Below are positions 8,950 to 18,068 of a stretch of DNA of 32,000 bases, one piece after another. The DNA is taken from contig NZ_CP064923.1 in the NCBI RefSeq assembly GCF_018336915.1, positions 5,070,001-5,102,000 on the forward strand, written 5' to 3'. The DNA is from Acaryochloris marina S15 (lineage in GTDB: Bacteria > Cyanobacteriota > Cyanobacteriia > Thermosynechococcales > Thermosynechococcaceae). The notes beneath the pieces were generated by a model. It did not search any database. It had not been told where the DNA came from and saw nothing but the letters and a program-made list of their open reading frames with translations. Each line of letters begins with the position of its first letter. Positions within the stretch are counted from its first letter, which is position 1. The translations under genes were made by a program, and so were the position numbers.

Positions 8950-8965
8950 AAATTCTATATAGTGC
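8950..8965. promoter_or_regulatory. Third NrdR-box-like site, proximal to the nrdJ start
   Basis: AAATTCTATATAGTGC matches the same consensus at 12 of 16 positions. It shares the ATATAGTG core with the two upstream sites and lies 41 nt before the nrdJ ATG. Confidence 0.4.
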
Positions 8966-9005
8966 GAATTCATTCCGTCCTACTGACCTCAACGCTAGAT
9001 CTGCT

Positions 9006-10955
9006 ATGGTTGCCACTCAATTTTCAACAACTGAACTCAGTGAATCCCAAAAAGCGGTTTTACAGAAATACCTAATCGAAGACGAAGTGTCTTGGGAAGA
9101 TGTAGTTCACCGAGTAGCAGCCTATGTTGCCAGCGCGGAATCTACCCCTGAGCAGCAACGCTATTGGCAAGAGAAATTCCTGTCGATTTTGCAACCCATG
9201 AAGTTTGTGCCCGGTGGGTCTATCTTGGCCAACAGTAACCATGGCACTCGCGGATTGTTGAATTGCTTTGTCCTCTCTACCGAAGATCATATTCACGACA
9301 TCACCAAATTGGTCTCAGATGCAGTGTTAACCACCAAATTCAGAGGTGGGGTCGGAATCAATATCGGTGTAGAAGGGACAAAGGGATACATTCGACACAA
9401 AGGCGCACCCTTCCAAGATGGGAAAGCACTGGGTCCTTGCGCTGTCTTAGATATGGTGTCAGAGAATTCCAAAAAAATTACGACAGGCAATAAGGCTCGT
9501 AGGGGTGCATTTCTATTTTCCATGAACTGGAAACACCCTGATATTTGGGAATTCATTCAAGCTAAAACCCAGTCGACCATTGATGCCAATTTTGCCAAGT
9601 CAATGATTGAGCAATTAGCCCAAATTGCTCAACAGGATGGACTCTCTCAAAAAAATCAAGAGAAGCTCAAAGCCTTGCATAATGAGGTCGGCACGGCTTG
9701 GGTAGAAACCCATTTAAATCCAGAAGGGAAACGCGATCGCAGATGGCATAACGCCAATATTTCTGTCCAGCTTGACGATGAGTTCTTTGCCAAGCTCGAT
9801 CAAGGCGATGAAGAAGCCAACAAGCTCTGGCAGACCATGGCCGAAAATGCCCATGCAACGGCAGACCCTGGCTTACTGCTCATCGACAATGCCAAGCGTC
9901 GCAGTCCTATTCGCGACTTTGTCACTTGCACGAATCCATGCGGAGAGATCTTCCTGCCGCCCAACTCTGCCTGTAACCTTGGCTCCCTGGTTCTAACAAA
10001 ATTTGTCAGTCGCAATCAGGAGGGCAAGGTTGAAATTAATTGGGATGACTTAGCCGAAACGGTTAGAATCGCGATTCGCTTCCTCGACAACGTTCTGGAT
10101 GTATCTGAATTTGCGACCCCAGATCAAAAGCATAATGTCCGTGATGTCTTTCGCCAGTTGGGCTTAGGCATTATGGGGTGGGCCGATTACTTGAAATTAG
10201 CTCGGATCCCCTATGATTCAGCCCAGCACCTCGCAGAAATTGATCGCTGGGGCAGTTTGATTGCGGATCATGCCTATCGAGCCTCGGAAGCAATCGCAGC
10301 CGAAAAAGGAGCTTGTGGTGTCTGGGATCAAATTAAAGACATCCCAACGGGTAATCCTTTCGAGCGGTGGGTGGATAGTGAAGGTAACTACCATAACGGC
10401 ACAGAAGCCCACAATAGCAATCGCCAAGATTTGACCCAGGTGCCTCGCCGAAATTCTACGGTGCTATCGATCGCACCAACGGGAAGTATTGCTCAATTGG
10501 CAGCCTGTTCCTGGGCATTTGAACCTGACTTTGGATTGACCCTATGGAAGCAAGTGTTTGTTGATGCCTCTCAGAGCAAACAAAATTGGGTACAAATTCT
10601 CAATCCTTATTTAGATGAATTGGACCTACCGGAAGCAGATGCTGAAATTGTCAAACAAACAGGATCCCTTAACGATACCGACTATGGTAAACAGCATCCA
10701 GAGATTGCCCTTAGCTTCAAGATTGCCCGGGAAATTCCACCGGGCTGGCACATCCTAGTTCAGTCCAAATGGCAAAGCTGGATTGATTCTTCAATTTCTA
10801 AGACAATCAATCTCCCAGCCCATGCCACGGTAGATGAAATTAAGCAGATCTATCGGTTAGCAGCAAAAGCAGGGCTAAAAGGTGTCACCATCTATCGGTC
10901 CGGCACCTTAGATTCTGAACCCATTAAGGTCGGCAATAGCGAGAAAGACTCCTAG
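9006..10955 (+). CDS. nrdJ: Class II (adenosylcobalamin-dependent) ribonucleotide reductase, catalytic core polypeptide
   Basis: 649 aa. It has the active-site finger loop TNPCGEIFLPPNSACNLGSL. Other conserved blocks are GGVGIN, LGLGIMGWAD, TVLSIAPTGSIA and the C-terminal ISKTINLP...GLKGVTIYRSG. The ORF ends directly after the core and lacks the usual C-terminal tail. Confidence 0.9.
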   Translation: MVATQFSTTELSESQKAVLQKYLIEDEVSWEDVVHRVAAYVASAESTPEQQRYWQEKFLSILQPMKFVPGGSILANSNHGTRGLLNCFVLSTEDHIHDITKLVSDAVLTTKFRGGVGINIGVEGTKGYIRHKGAPFQDGKALGPCAVLDMVSENSKKITTGNKARRGAFLFSMNWKHPDIWEFIQAKTQSTIDANFAKSMIEQLAQIAQQDGLSQKNQEKLKALHNEVGTAWVETHLNPEGKRDRRWHNANISVQLDDEFFAKLDQGDEEANKLWQTMAENAHATADPGLLLIDNAKRRSPIRDFVTCTNPCGEIFLPPNSACNLGSLVLTKFVSRNQEGKVEINWDDLAETVRIAIRFLDNVLDVSEFATPDQKHNVRDVFRQLGLGIMGWADYLKLARIPYDSAQHLAEIDRWGSLIADHAYRASEAIAAEKGACGVWDQIKDIPTGNPFERWVDSEGNYHNGTEAHNSNRQDLTQVPRRNSTVLSIAPTGSIAQLAACSWAFEPDFGLTLWKQVFVDASQSKQNWVQILNPYLDELDLPEADAEIVKQTGSLNDTDYGKQHPEIALSFKIAREIPPGWHILVQSKWQSWIDSSISKTINLPAHATVDEIKQIYRLAAKAGLKGVTIYRSGTLDSEPIKVGNSEKDS

Positions 10956-10998
10956 TCCCCATAATCTAGACCAGCAAGGCGCAGACGAAGGAAAAAGT

Positions 10999-11880
10999 AT
11001 GACTCAAACAGATGATTTATTAGGCTTAATGGATAGCTTTCCAGATGCCTTTGAACAGGTGCAGTCTGCTACAGGAATGGCTGACATTGCAGCTAAAACT
11101 CCTGATGTTGACCCCGCATTGGCCCCTCAATTACAACAGCTAATTGCTGAATTTCCCAGTGCTTTTATGGATCCCGTGACCAATCTAGGTGGGGAAGATA
11201 GCCAGTCTGAACTGGTAAATGAAGATTCAGCCCTTGCAGAAACTGCCATTGAAGAAGCGGTGACTATTGCTGTGGATACCCCTCCAACGGCTACATCCGT
11301 TAATCCTCTGCCGTTGGCTCAGCCAGGAACCTATTCCCATGCACTCACACGGCAAATATCTACGATGACCTGGGGGCAGGTGGAGCTATACCTGACCTAT
11401 GGGGATAGCGGATTACAATCGATGTGGGTCACTGTGGGCAAGTCAGGGACCGAGGTGCAGTCGCTTTGCGAAGCGATTGTACGTTTGATCAACCTATTAC
11501 TTGCAAACCAAATCCCTATTCCTGACATTGCTCGCCAGATTCGCGGCATTCGAGGAGCAGATTCAGAAGGATTAGGTCCCAATCGCATCCTAGGATTAGC
11601 AGATTTAATCGGTAAGGTATTGCAGGAAGCTCCCGAAAGCTTAGCACCTACACAGCCCACAGACAGGCAAGAAGAAGCTGTACAAACCCTTGCCAATAAT
11701 GGTAACGGCAGTAGCAATGGCACCCAAGTGGTTACCTTAATGCCCACAGACACGTGGACCACAATTGCCGACCATGATCATGAGGCTTCTATTTGCCCTG
11801 AGTGTGGAGCAGAACTCCATCAAGTAAATGGGTGTTCTGGAGGTGCCTGTGTTGTCTGTGGATACAGTAGCTGTAGCTAA
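10999..11880 (+). CDS. Stand-alone TSCPD-domain / Cys-rich zinc-finger protein, probable NrdJ C-terminal tail subunit (NrdJb-like)
   Basis: 293 aa. GAAGGA (10987-10992) lies 6 nt before the ATG. The acidic N-terminal region carries two FPxAF motifs. The TSCPD-like core is VELYLTYGDSGLQSMWVTVGKSGTEVQSLCEAIVRLINLLLANQIPIPDIARQIRGIRG. The C-terminus is CPECG-x8-C-x4-CVVCGYSSCS. Confidence 0.7.
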   Translation: MTQTDDLLGLMDSFPDAFEQVQSATGMADIAAKTPDVDPALAPQLQQLIAEFPSAFMDPVTNLGGEDSQSELVNEDSALAETAIEEAVTIAVDTPPTATSVNPLPLAQPGTYSHALTRQISTMTWGQVELYLTYGDSGLQSMWVTVGKSGTEVQSLCEAIVRLINLLLANQIPIPDIARQIRGIRGADSEGLGPNRILGLADLIGKVLQEAPESLAPTQPTDRQEEAVQTLANNGNGSSNGTQVVTLMPTDTWTTIADHDHEASICPECGAELHQVNGCSGGACVVCGYSSCS

Positions 11881-12692
11881 GATTGAGATGCTACTGCCAG
11901 ATTACAAATCAATTGAGTTGCAGTCGGCAAATTACTCTGGATGCTAGTCGGTCTCAGACTGCTTAGGAAGGCATAGTTACGCATCCCACAGGTCAACGCA
12001 ACCGTTTTAATCTTCATGGCTTGGGCTGCCAACACATCTGCTTCCGTATCGCCAATCATCCAGATTTGTTGGTGATTGGTGAGTCCCATGGCATTAATTG
12101 CATCTTGGATTAAAGCTTGTTTGCAGACGGCATAGTTCTTGTAGGCAGCCTTAGCATCATCAGTCCCTCGAATCAACCGGAAGTAGCGTGTTAAATGGTG
12201 CTGATGCAATACTTGGTCGACTTGAGATTGACAGCGGAGAGTGACGACAGCCAGTTGTGCACCTTGATTCAGAAGCTGCTCTAGAGCTTCATGAACACCA
12301 GGCTGCAAGCGGTCCTCGTGCAGCAACAAAGGCTGATTCACGATAGCTTGAACCTGCTGCATAAAGAAATCGATATAGTTATCGGAGAGCCCAGACAAGT
12401 GGGCAATCTCGATATCCGGTCGCTTCGATTGCTTCATGCTCCAAAACTGATCAAGACTCAGGGGTATAAGTGATAAAGCTTCTCCTTGGGCCTGAATATA
12501 CGCTTGGGTCTCTGCGAGGGCAAGCTGATAGGTTCTGTAATACCGTTGAGAGACATCAATCAGAGGACCATCCAGATCACAAAAGATGGTGAGTTGTGAA
12601 GCTATTGGAGATCCAGGCCAGTCATCTTGCACTACAGTTTGTGTGGCATCTAATGTTGATCTAGGAAGGGTAAAGGGTGGCACACCTGTCAT
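11877..12692 (-). CDS. HAD-superfamily hydrolase (phosphoglycolate-phosphatase-like)
   Basis: 271 aa. Motif I is FCDLDGPLID and motif IV-like is WMIGDTEADVLAA. The stop codon overlaps the stop of the convergent ORF 10999-11880. Confidence 0.8.
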   Translation of the reverse strand: MTGVPPFTLPRSTLDATQTVVQDDWPGSPIASQLTIFCDLDGPLIDVSQRYYRTYQLALAETQAYIQAQGEALSLIPLSLDQFWSMKQSKRPDIEIAHLSGLSDNYIDFFMQQVQAIVNQPLLLHEDRLQPGVHEALEQLLNQGAQLAVVTLRCQSQVDQVLHQHHLTRYFRLIRGTDDAKAAYKNYAVCKQALIQDAINAMGLTNHQQIWMIGDTEADVLAAQAMKIKTVALTCGMRNYAFLSSLRPTSIQSNLPTATQLICNLAVASQS

Positions 12693-12796
12693 GAGCAGGA
12701 CTGACTAGGAATTAGTAACATATCTTTACTCGAATTTAACATTTTTTCACGGATGCGGTATAGGCAAATTGATCTTGTTTTTTTGTCAAGGTAAAC

Positions 12797-14344
12797 TTAC
12801 TCATAATCGTGCCCAGTCCCATAGGTCCATCCATCAAATCGACGTTGCCAATAGTATTGTTGTTTCGGACTGAGGGTTTGACTCCACTGCTTCAAGGCAG
12901 GGATCAGGCGATGCAGCTCGTTATATAGTCCCAAGCTCATGTAATGGGGCATCCACTTGAATAAAGCTCCTAAACCCACATGCCCCAAAATTTTAGGGGT
13001 CAGTTGCGGATGACGCAGTGAGATTTGTAACAAAGTTTGGGATAAAGCAGGGAACTGGACAATATCTTGGAGAAAAGGCTTGAGGACAGGGTCTCCGAGT
13101 TTCTCCATTTCCTGGAAAACGACCTTGAGAAGCTGATTGATTTGGTGGGGATTCAGATCGCGATCGGCGGGAGCCCGCATGGATTGCTGAAACAGCCAGG
13201 TTACAGATAGGTTCGGCTGATAGGGTTGCAATAGGTTGAGATCCTTTGTCTCTAGAGCATCGGCACTGAGGGCTTCATGGATGCCTGCATCGAGACGACG
13301 CAGATGCCGAATCATGGCTCCAAATCCACCAAAGCTGAGGGGCGATTGACTACCGCTACTGTCCCCCATTGGCATAATTCGGTCCCACGGGTACTGGAGC
13401 GGACTTTGTTCATAGCTGGGAAACATGCCAAATAAGGCCCGCAGGATTTTGACTTCTGCCAGATCAGTATCTTGGTACTCGGGAAGCCGTTCCAGGTAAT
13501 GGTGAAACACATGCTCTAAACTGGGGCGCTGGGGATGGAGATCGGCATAGGTAAACATATAGGTCGTGCGGCCATCTCGGGCTGGAAAGGCTTCCCAAAA
13601 ATACTGACACCGATCTTCAATAGGGGTGAAAGATACCAACAAATCCCCGGTTTCTCGGGCCGGTAATCCTTCCGCACAAGTGCCGACCACCAAGCAGACA
13701 CCGGCAGGGGTTTGCCCTTGACGAGCCTGAGCTGCAACGGGAGAGAAATGCCCCATCACGTCCAGCATCAGTCGGGCCGTTAGGGTCGTGTCTGTTTGAA
13801 TCGCAACCCCATCGGGGTGAACCACAACATGGGAGAAGGCAGTCTGTTCTTGTAGATGACCTCCAGCTTCTAGAAATCGGGCTTTCAGTGTGTCCAATAA
13901 AAAGACGGGGTCAATCCCAACGTTGAGGACATCTTGAACCCAAACAGCAGGTCCCCCCATAAACTGAATACGATTGGGATTAAATTCACTGGCGATAGCG
14001 ACTTCCAGTTGCGCTTCGGTCAGCAGCTCTAGCTCCACTAAAACCGACAGCTCAGCTCTGGAAATATTCCATTCCTGTTCGCGTCCCTTGAGAATGCCTC
14101 GCTCTAGAATTAAGACTCGCCAACCTCGTAAAGCCAGGGTGGTGCCAATCATGACGCCTAAGGTGCCGCCACAAATCACGACATCCCAGTCCACAGCGCC
14201 TAGACGGTCAGGACTTTCTTGGACGACAGTGGGAACCTGGGCAGGAGGACCTTGGCGCAGTTGACTCCAGCGACGATCGGCCTGTTGCAAATTGGCCAAA
14301 AATGGCGCGGGTAGGGTTGCTAGTAAATCAGCAGTCGAGGGCAT
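12797..14344 (-). CDS. FAD-dependent oxidoreductase, CruA/CruP lycopene-cyclase-family-like flavoprotein
   Basis: 515 aa. N-terminal dinucleotide-binding fold DVVICGGTLGVMIGTTLALRGWRVLILERG followed by GREQEWNISRAEL, which I associate with the CruA/CruP family from memory. The specific function is not established from sequence here. Confidence 0.65.
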   Translation of the reverse strand: MPSTADLLATLPAPFLANLQQADRRWSQLRQGPPAQVPTVVQESPDRLGAVDWDVVICGGTLGVMIGTTLALRGWRVLILERGILKGREQEWNISRAELSVLVELELLTEAQLEVAIASEFNPNRIQFMGGPAVWVQDVLNVGIDPVFLLDTLKARFLEAGGHLQEQTAFSHVVVHPDGVAIQTDTTLTARLMLDVMGHFSPVAAQARQGQTPAGVCLVVGTCAEGLPARETGDLLVSFTPIEDRCQYFWEAFPARDGRTTYMFTYADLHPQRPSLEHVFHHYLERLPEYQDTDLAEVKILRALFGMFPSYEQSPLQYPWDRIMPMGDSSGSQSPLSFGGFGAMIRHLRRLDAGIHEALSADALETKDLNLLQPYQPNLSVTWLFQQSMRAPADRDLNPHQINQLLKVVFQEMEKLGDPVLKPFLQDIVQFPALSQTLLQISLRHPQLTPKILGHVGLGALFKWMPHYMSLGLYNELHRLIPALKQWSQTLSPKQQYYWQRRFDGWTYGTGHDYE

Positions 14345-14380
14345 TCAGGAAACACCAAGAGACATCTATTTTGAAGATAC

Positions 14381-16516
14381 CTAATTGGCACCGGTAGCGG
14401 GGGGGAGAGACGATTTGTAGGGTAACTTGACGATAAAGGTGGTGGTTCCCTGACGACTAGACACAGAAATTTCACCTTCGAGCTGTTCAATCAGCTTTTG
14501 GACGAGGGCTAGTCCTAAGCCTGTTCCCCCTTGTTTCCAGGGGTCAGCGTTGGGGACTCGATAAAACTTATCGAAAATCCGCGGTAGCTCCTGCTCCGGA
14601 ATTTCAGCTTCATTGGTCACCTGCAGACGCAACATCGGCTTAGGGAATTCCAGATACTGCAGGGTAAGGGACACTTCACCGCTTTGTGGAGTGTATTTGC
14701 AGGCATTATTTAATAGCTCTGCCAAAATTCGATCCAGGCTGATGCGATCGGAATGGAAGGTGGGGATGCTTTGGTCGCAGTTTATCCGCAGGTTGAGTTC
14801 CCGATCTTTAATCCGTGATTGAAAAGGTTCTAGGGCACGGGGCAGCCACACCTGAATTTTGATCGGTTCGGACTTATATTGATTGCCACCTGCTTCGAGG
14901 CGCTGTAGATCTAGTAAGTCGTTGATGAGTTCTGTTTCTCGACTACATTCGGCATCCAGAATTTTGATGTAGCGGCGCTGCCGAGGCTCGAGGGGGAACT
15001 GGCTGAGCATGTGAATCGCCATTTTGATATTGGACATAGGCGTCCGCAATTCATGGGAAACGGTACTCAAGAAATCGTCTTTGAGGCTGTTTAAGCGTTC
15101 TAACTCTCGCATTTTCTGCTGGAGTTGAGCGGTGCGCTCTTCGACTTGATGGGCCAGATTGGTGTTCAGATCTTGGACATGTTGGTGGAGTTGGGCTTGA
15201 TGAATTGCGATCGCACATTGATCCGCAATCGTTTTCACCAATCCTCGTTCATCGGCATTCCACGTTCGAGTATCTAGAGGAAGACCATCCTCAGCGGCCT
15301 CCTGGCAATGGTAAAGACTAATACTACCTAAATAGTTTTGTAAGTATTGCAGAGGAGAAATGAGCAGGGTCTGAATATTGCATTGCTCACAAATAGCAAT
15401 CAGTTCTAGATCGAGGTCATTGGTATCTGCGAAAACAACCTGTTGTCCTTGAGCTAAGGTCTCTTGGGAATGTCGCAAAAACAGCTCATTGGCTTGAATG
15501 AGCTCCTGATGCCCAATAGCAGTATCACTCACATAATGATCCGCTAATTCGCCATCTGAATTCATCTGAACAATCAGACAGTGGCTAGCTCCCAGTGCCT
15601 CCGTCAACAGGCCCACAGTAATTTGCAATACTTCAGCGGTGACCATCGTCCCCCGCATCGCTTGGACAATGCGATTGATAATGGATTCTCGCTGAGCCGT
15701 ATGTCGAAGTTTCTCCTCTGCCCGCTTACGCTCAGTGATATCAGTGACGTAACTGCGGACAAGGTCGCTTTCGACAATGTAGTGGATGGATTGTTCATAA
15801 ATATTTTGATCCATTTCCACTTCCCGGACAAAGAAGTTACTTCTGGAAGAATGCTCCGTTTGCAACATCTTCAACAGTCCCTGCAACATGGGGTGTGCGA
15901 CCCCTTCTTTAGAAATATCAGGAAACTGCATGACCGCAGCAGGATTGAGATAGGTGACCGTCCCCTGCAAGTCCATTTCTAGAATGGGACTAGGCGTTAA
16001 CTCGGGGAAAGAGGCCATCCGCACTAAAGAGGCTTCGCTCATGTTCTGTAAGTCAGCGTCATCCGGGACCAAAGTTTGGAAAGGATTGACAGACTGAGAC
16101 AGAATCATCGATAGATCTGTGGCCTCACAGAACTTATCGAAATCGGCATCTGACAGATTGGAAACGACAAAGTATTTAGTTTTGACATCACCCCCAAAAA
16201 TGACCACATCACCATGTTTGAGGTCATGGGAGAACAGGCGACGACCGTTCACTATCAAGCCGTTTGTACTGCGCTTCCCTTGCAAGTCACCGTCAATAAT
16301 TCGGAAGAGAAAATTAGAGGTTTCAGGGGCGGTTACCCGCAGCAAAATCGCATGTTGGCGAGACACCATTTTGGAGTGCAACACAATCGAATTGGTAACA
16401 TCTCGACCAATCGAGTAGGTGGCAGCTTCTAAGGAAATGGTTCGACGCCCTTCGGCATCATCAATGATGAATAGATGTCTGAAACGTTGTCTTTGATCCT
16501 GCTCAAGGTTACTCAC
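14381..16516 (-). CDS. FHA-PAS-GAF sensor histidine kinase
   Basis: 711 aa. The FHA domain includes YSIGRD...IVLHSKMVSRQHAILL...STNGLIVNGRR. The PAS region ends in DITERKRAEEKL. A GAF region follows. The H-box is FLSTVSHELRTPMSNI. The ATPase N and G boxes are LLNNACKYT and GGTGLGLALV. No response regulator is adjacent. Confidence 0.9.
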   Translation of the reverse strand: MSNLEQDQRQRFRHLFIIDDAEGRRTISLEAATYSIGRDVTNSIVLHSKMVSRQHAILLRVTAPETSNFLFRIIDGDLQGKRSTNGLIVNGRRLFSHDLKHGDVVIFGGDVKTKYFVVSNLSDADFDKFCEATDLSMILSQSVNPFQTLVPDDADLQNMSEASLVRMASFPELTPSPILEMDLQGTVTYLNPAAVMQFPDISKEGVAHPMLQGLLKMLQTEHSSRSNFFVREVEMDQNIYEQSIHYIVESDLVRSYVTDITERKRAEEKLRHTAQRESIINRIVQAMRGTMVTAEVLQITVGLLTEALGASHCLIVQMNSDGELADHYVSDTAIGHQELIQANELFLRHSQETLAQGQQVVFADTNDLDLELIAICEQCNIQTLLISPLQYLQNYLGSISLYHCQEAAEDGLPLDTRTWNADERGLVKTIADQCAIAIHQAQLHQHVQDLNTNLAHQVEERTAQLQQKMRELERLNSLKDDFLSTVSHELRTPMSNIKMAIHMLSQFPLEPRQRRYIKILDAECSRETELINDLLDLQRLEAGGNQYKSEPIKIQVWLPRALEPFQSRIKDRELNLRINCDQSIPTFHSDRISLDRILAELLNNACKYTPQSGEVSLTLQYLEFPKPMLRLQVTNEAEIPEQELPRIFDKFYRVPNADPWKQGGTGLGLALVQKLIEQLEGEISVSSRQGTTTFIVKLPYKSSLPPATGAN

Positions 16517-17008
16517 GATTCGGGCTGTCAGTCGCGGTAGGGTGAATGGTTAAAAGAGAGATGACTGTAGTATGCCTCTATTGCTTGCTGAATTACACCT
16601 GTTGACTATTGTGTCATGGAGGTCAAACATTTCTCTCTGAAGGGATAGTTTGGTTATTCTGCTATTATTTGCCCCTTTACCTTAGCTTCGCAATAGTACA
16701 GCGATTTTCCCAAGCATACCTCGACTCTAACCTAACCCCAATAGGAATAATGTCTGTATCTCAGTGAATCTGATGCAACAACACGCCCCTCGCCTGCATT
16801 GTTGATAACAAGACCAAGGTATTGATATTTCCAAGTCGTCCAAACGACCGATCGGTTCCTTGATATTTTTATAAAAATCCTACGTTCCATCAAAGCGACA
16901 GGGATTATGCCATTAGCTGCAGAACTAGTTATCCGAATATCTGGTGAAGAAAGCGACTATCAAAATCATACCAAATCCGACTTATTAACCCCTGAAATAT
17001 CTCATCGG

Positions 17009-17692
17009 TCAAACTGGCCACCAATGGTAGTAAGTGAGAGCTTTAATGTCTGATTGCATGGTCATTAAAGTTCGACAGCGCTCCTCGAGCACATCTTCGA
17101 GAGCATCGAGGGTCTCAAAGCATCGATTGGCGATTGGTTCATCCGCTAGCCGCCACAATCGTTCAGCGGGCTGTAGTTCTGGAGAATAGGGAGGTAAAAC
17201 CTTCAGATGAATGCCTTTAGGTACCACCAGATTTTTACAGGTATGCCATCCTGCACCATCTAGAACGAGAAGAATCTGTTTGTGCTGTCCCGCTCCAACT
17301 TGCTGAGCAAAGCTTTGCAGGGCTTGATTAAACCATTCTCCATTCACCCGAGGCAGAATGAACCATTCAGTGTCGCCTGTTGCGGGGTGAACGAATCCAT
17401 AAAGATAGGCCCATTCGTAGCGATGGTCCACCTCAGCAATCGGACGCTGACCTACAGGTGCCCAGATCTTTCGAATGATGGGTTTAAGGCCTAAGCGGTG
17501 TTCATCAAAAGACCACACTTCGACTTGAGCATCAGGATAGCGTCGCTCCAATTCTGCTTTGCACTCAGGCAGTTTTTTTAAAGGCGGCTTGTGCCTCTGG
17601 GTCGCCTTTACGATGATGAGGACGTGGGCATTGAAGGGACTGCTCCAATCGCTTGAGATAGTCCCAACCTCGTTGGGGCCAAACCTTCTCAA
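17009..17692 (-). CDS. IS630 transposase DDE catalytic part, orfB
   Basis: This frame is open from 17692. The content is DDE_3-like: VWSFDEHRLGLKP, LVLDGAGWH, LPPYSPELQPAERLW. The frame is +1 relative to orfA. Confidence 0.8.
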   Translation of the reverse strand: MRRFGPNEVGTISSDWSSPFNAHVLIIVKATQRHKPPLKKLPECKAELERRYPDAQVEVWSFDEHRLGLKPIIRKIWAPVGQRPIAEVDHRYEWAYLYGFVHPATGDTEWFILPRVNGEWFNQALQSFAQQVGAGQHKQILLVLDGAGWHTCKNLVVPKGIHLKVLPPYSPELQPAERLWRLADEPIANRCFETLDALEDVLEERCRTLMTMQSDIKALTYYHWWPV

Positions 17693-18068
17693 CTCCTGTC
17701 ATTTGGGCGATGACCTGTGCTACTTTTGGCCCGTTCCATAGACCACCGTCGGCAGGTGGGGTTTGGAGACGAGTCGACAATTGTGCACATTGGTCTTGAG
17801 TCAGGAGACTGCGAGATTGGTAAGGTCGTTTATCTTTGCGTCGGTTGCGTAATCCATTAGCTCCATTGCGGTTATACTCTCTAACAATTTCTCGGGCGTA
17901 ATCGTAGTTGAGACCGACCACTTGGGCTGCTTGAGTTAGCTTTGTTTGCTCACTGACGAGCCACAGCAGATGCCAGCGGCGCGATTCTACTGGGTCTTGG
18001 CTGGCCCGATAATGAGACTTCAGCTCCTCAGGCGAAAAATGAGGTTCGAGATACAGTTTTCTTGGCAT
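17565..18068 (-). CDS. IS630 transposase N-terminal (helix-turn-helix) part, orfA
   Basis: 167 aa with an HTH-like region (RRWHLLWLVSEQTKLTQAAQVVGLNYDYAREIVREYN). It ends just after an A7 run (complement of 17573-17579). Confidence 0.8.
   Translation of the reverse strand: MPRKLYLEPHFSPEELKSHYRASQDPVESRRWHLLWLVSEQTKLTQAAQVVGLNYDYAREIVREYNRNGANGLRNRRKDKRPYQSRSLLTQDQCAQLSTRLQTPPADGGLWNGPKVAQVIAQMTGVEKVWPQRGWDYLKRLEQSLQCPRPHHRKGDPEAQAAFKKTA

Noticed and set aside
8435-9005. Possible cobalamin riboswitch or tRNA-like structure in the long nrdJ leader
   Set aside because: I could not find a B12-box-like element or a cloverleaf or T-loop (GTTCGAATC-like) motif by eye. The only strong signals are the ATATAGTG boxes and one HIP1 site. 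A covariance-model scan would be needed to exclude a riboswitch.
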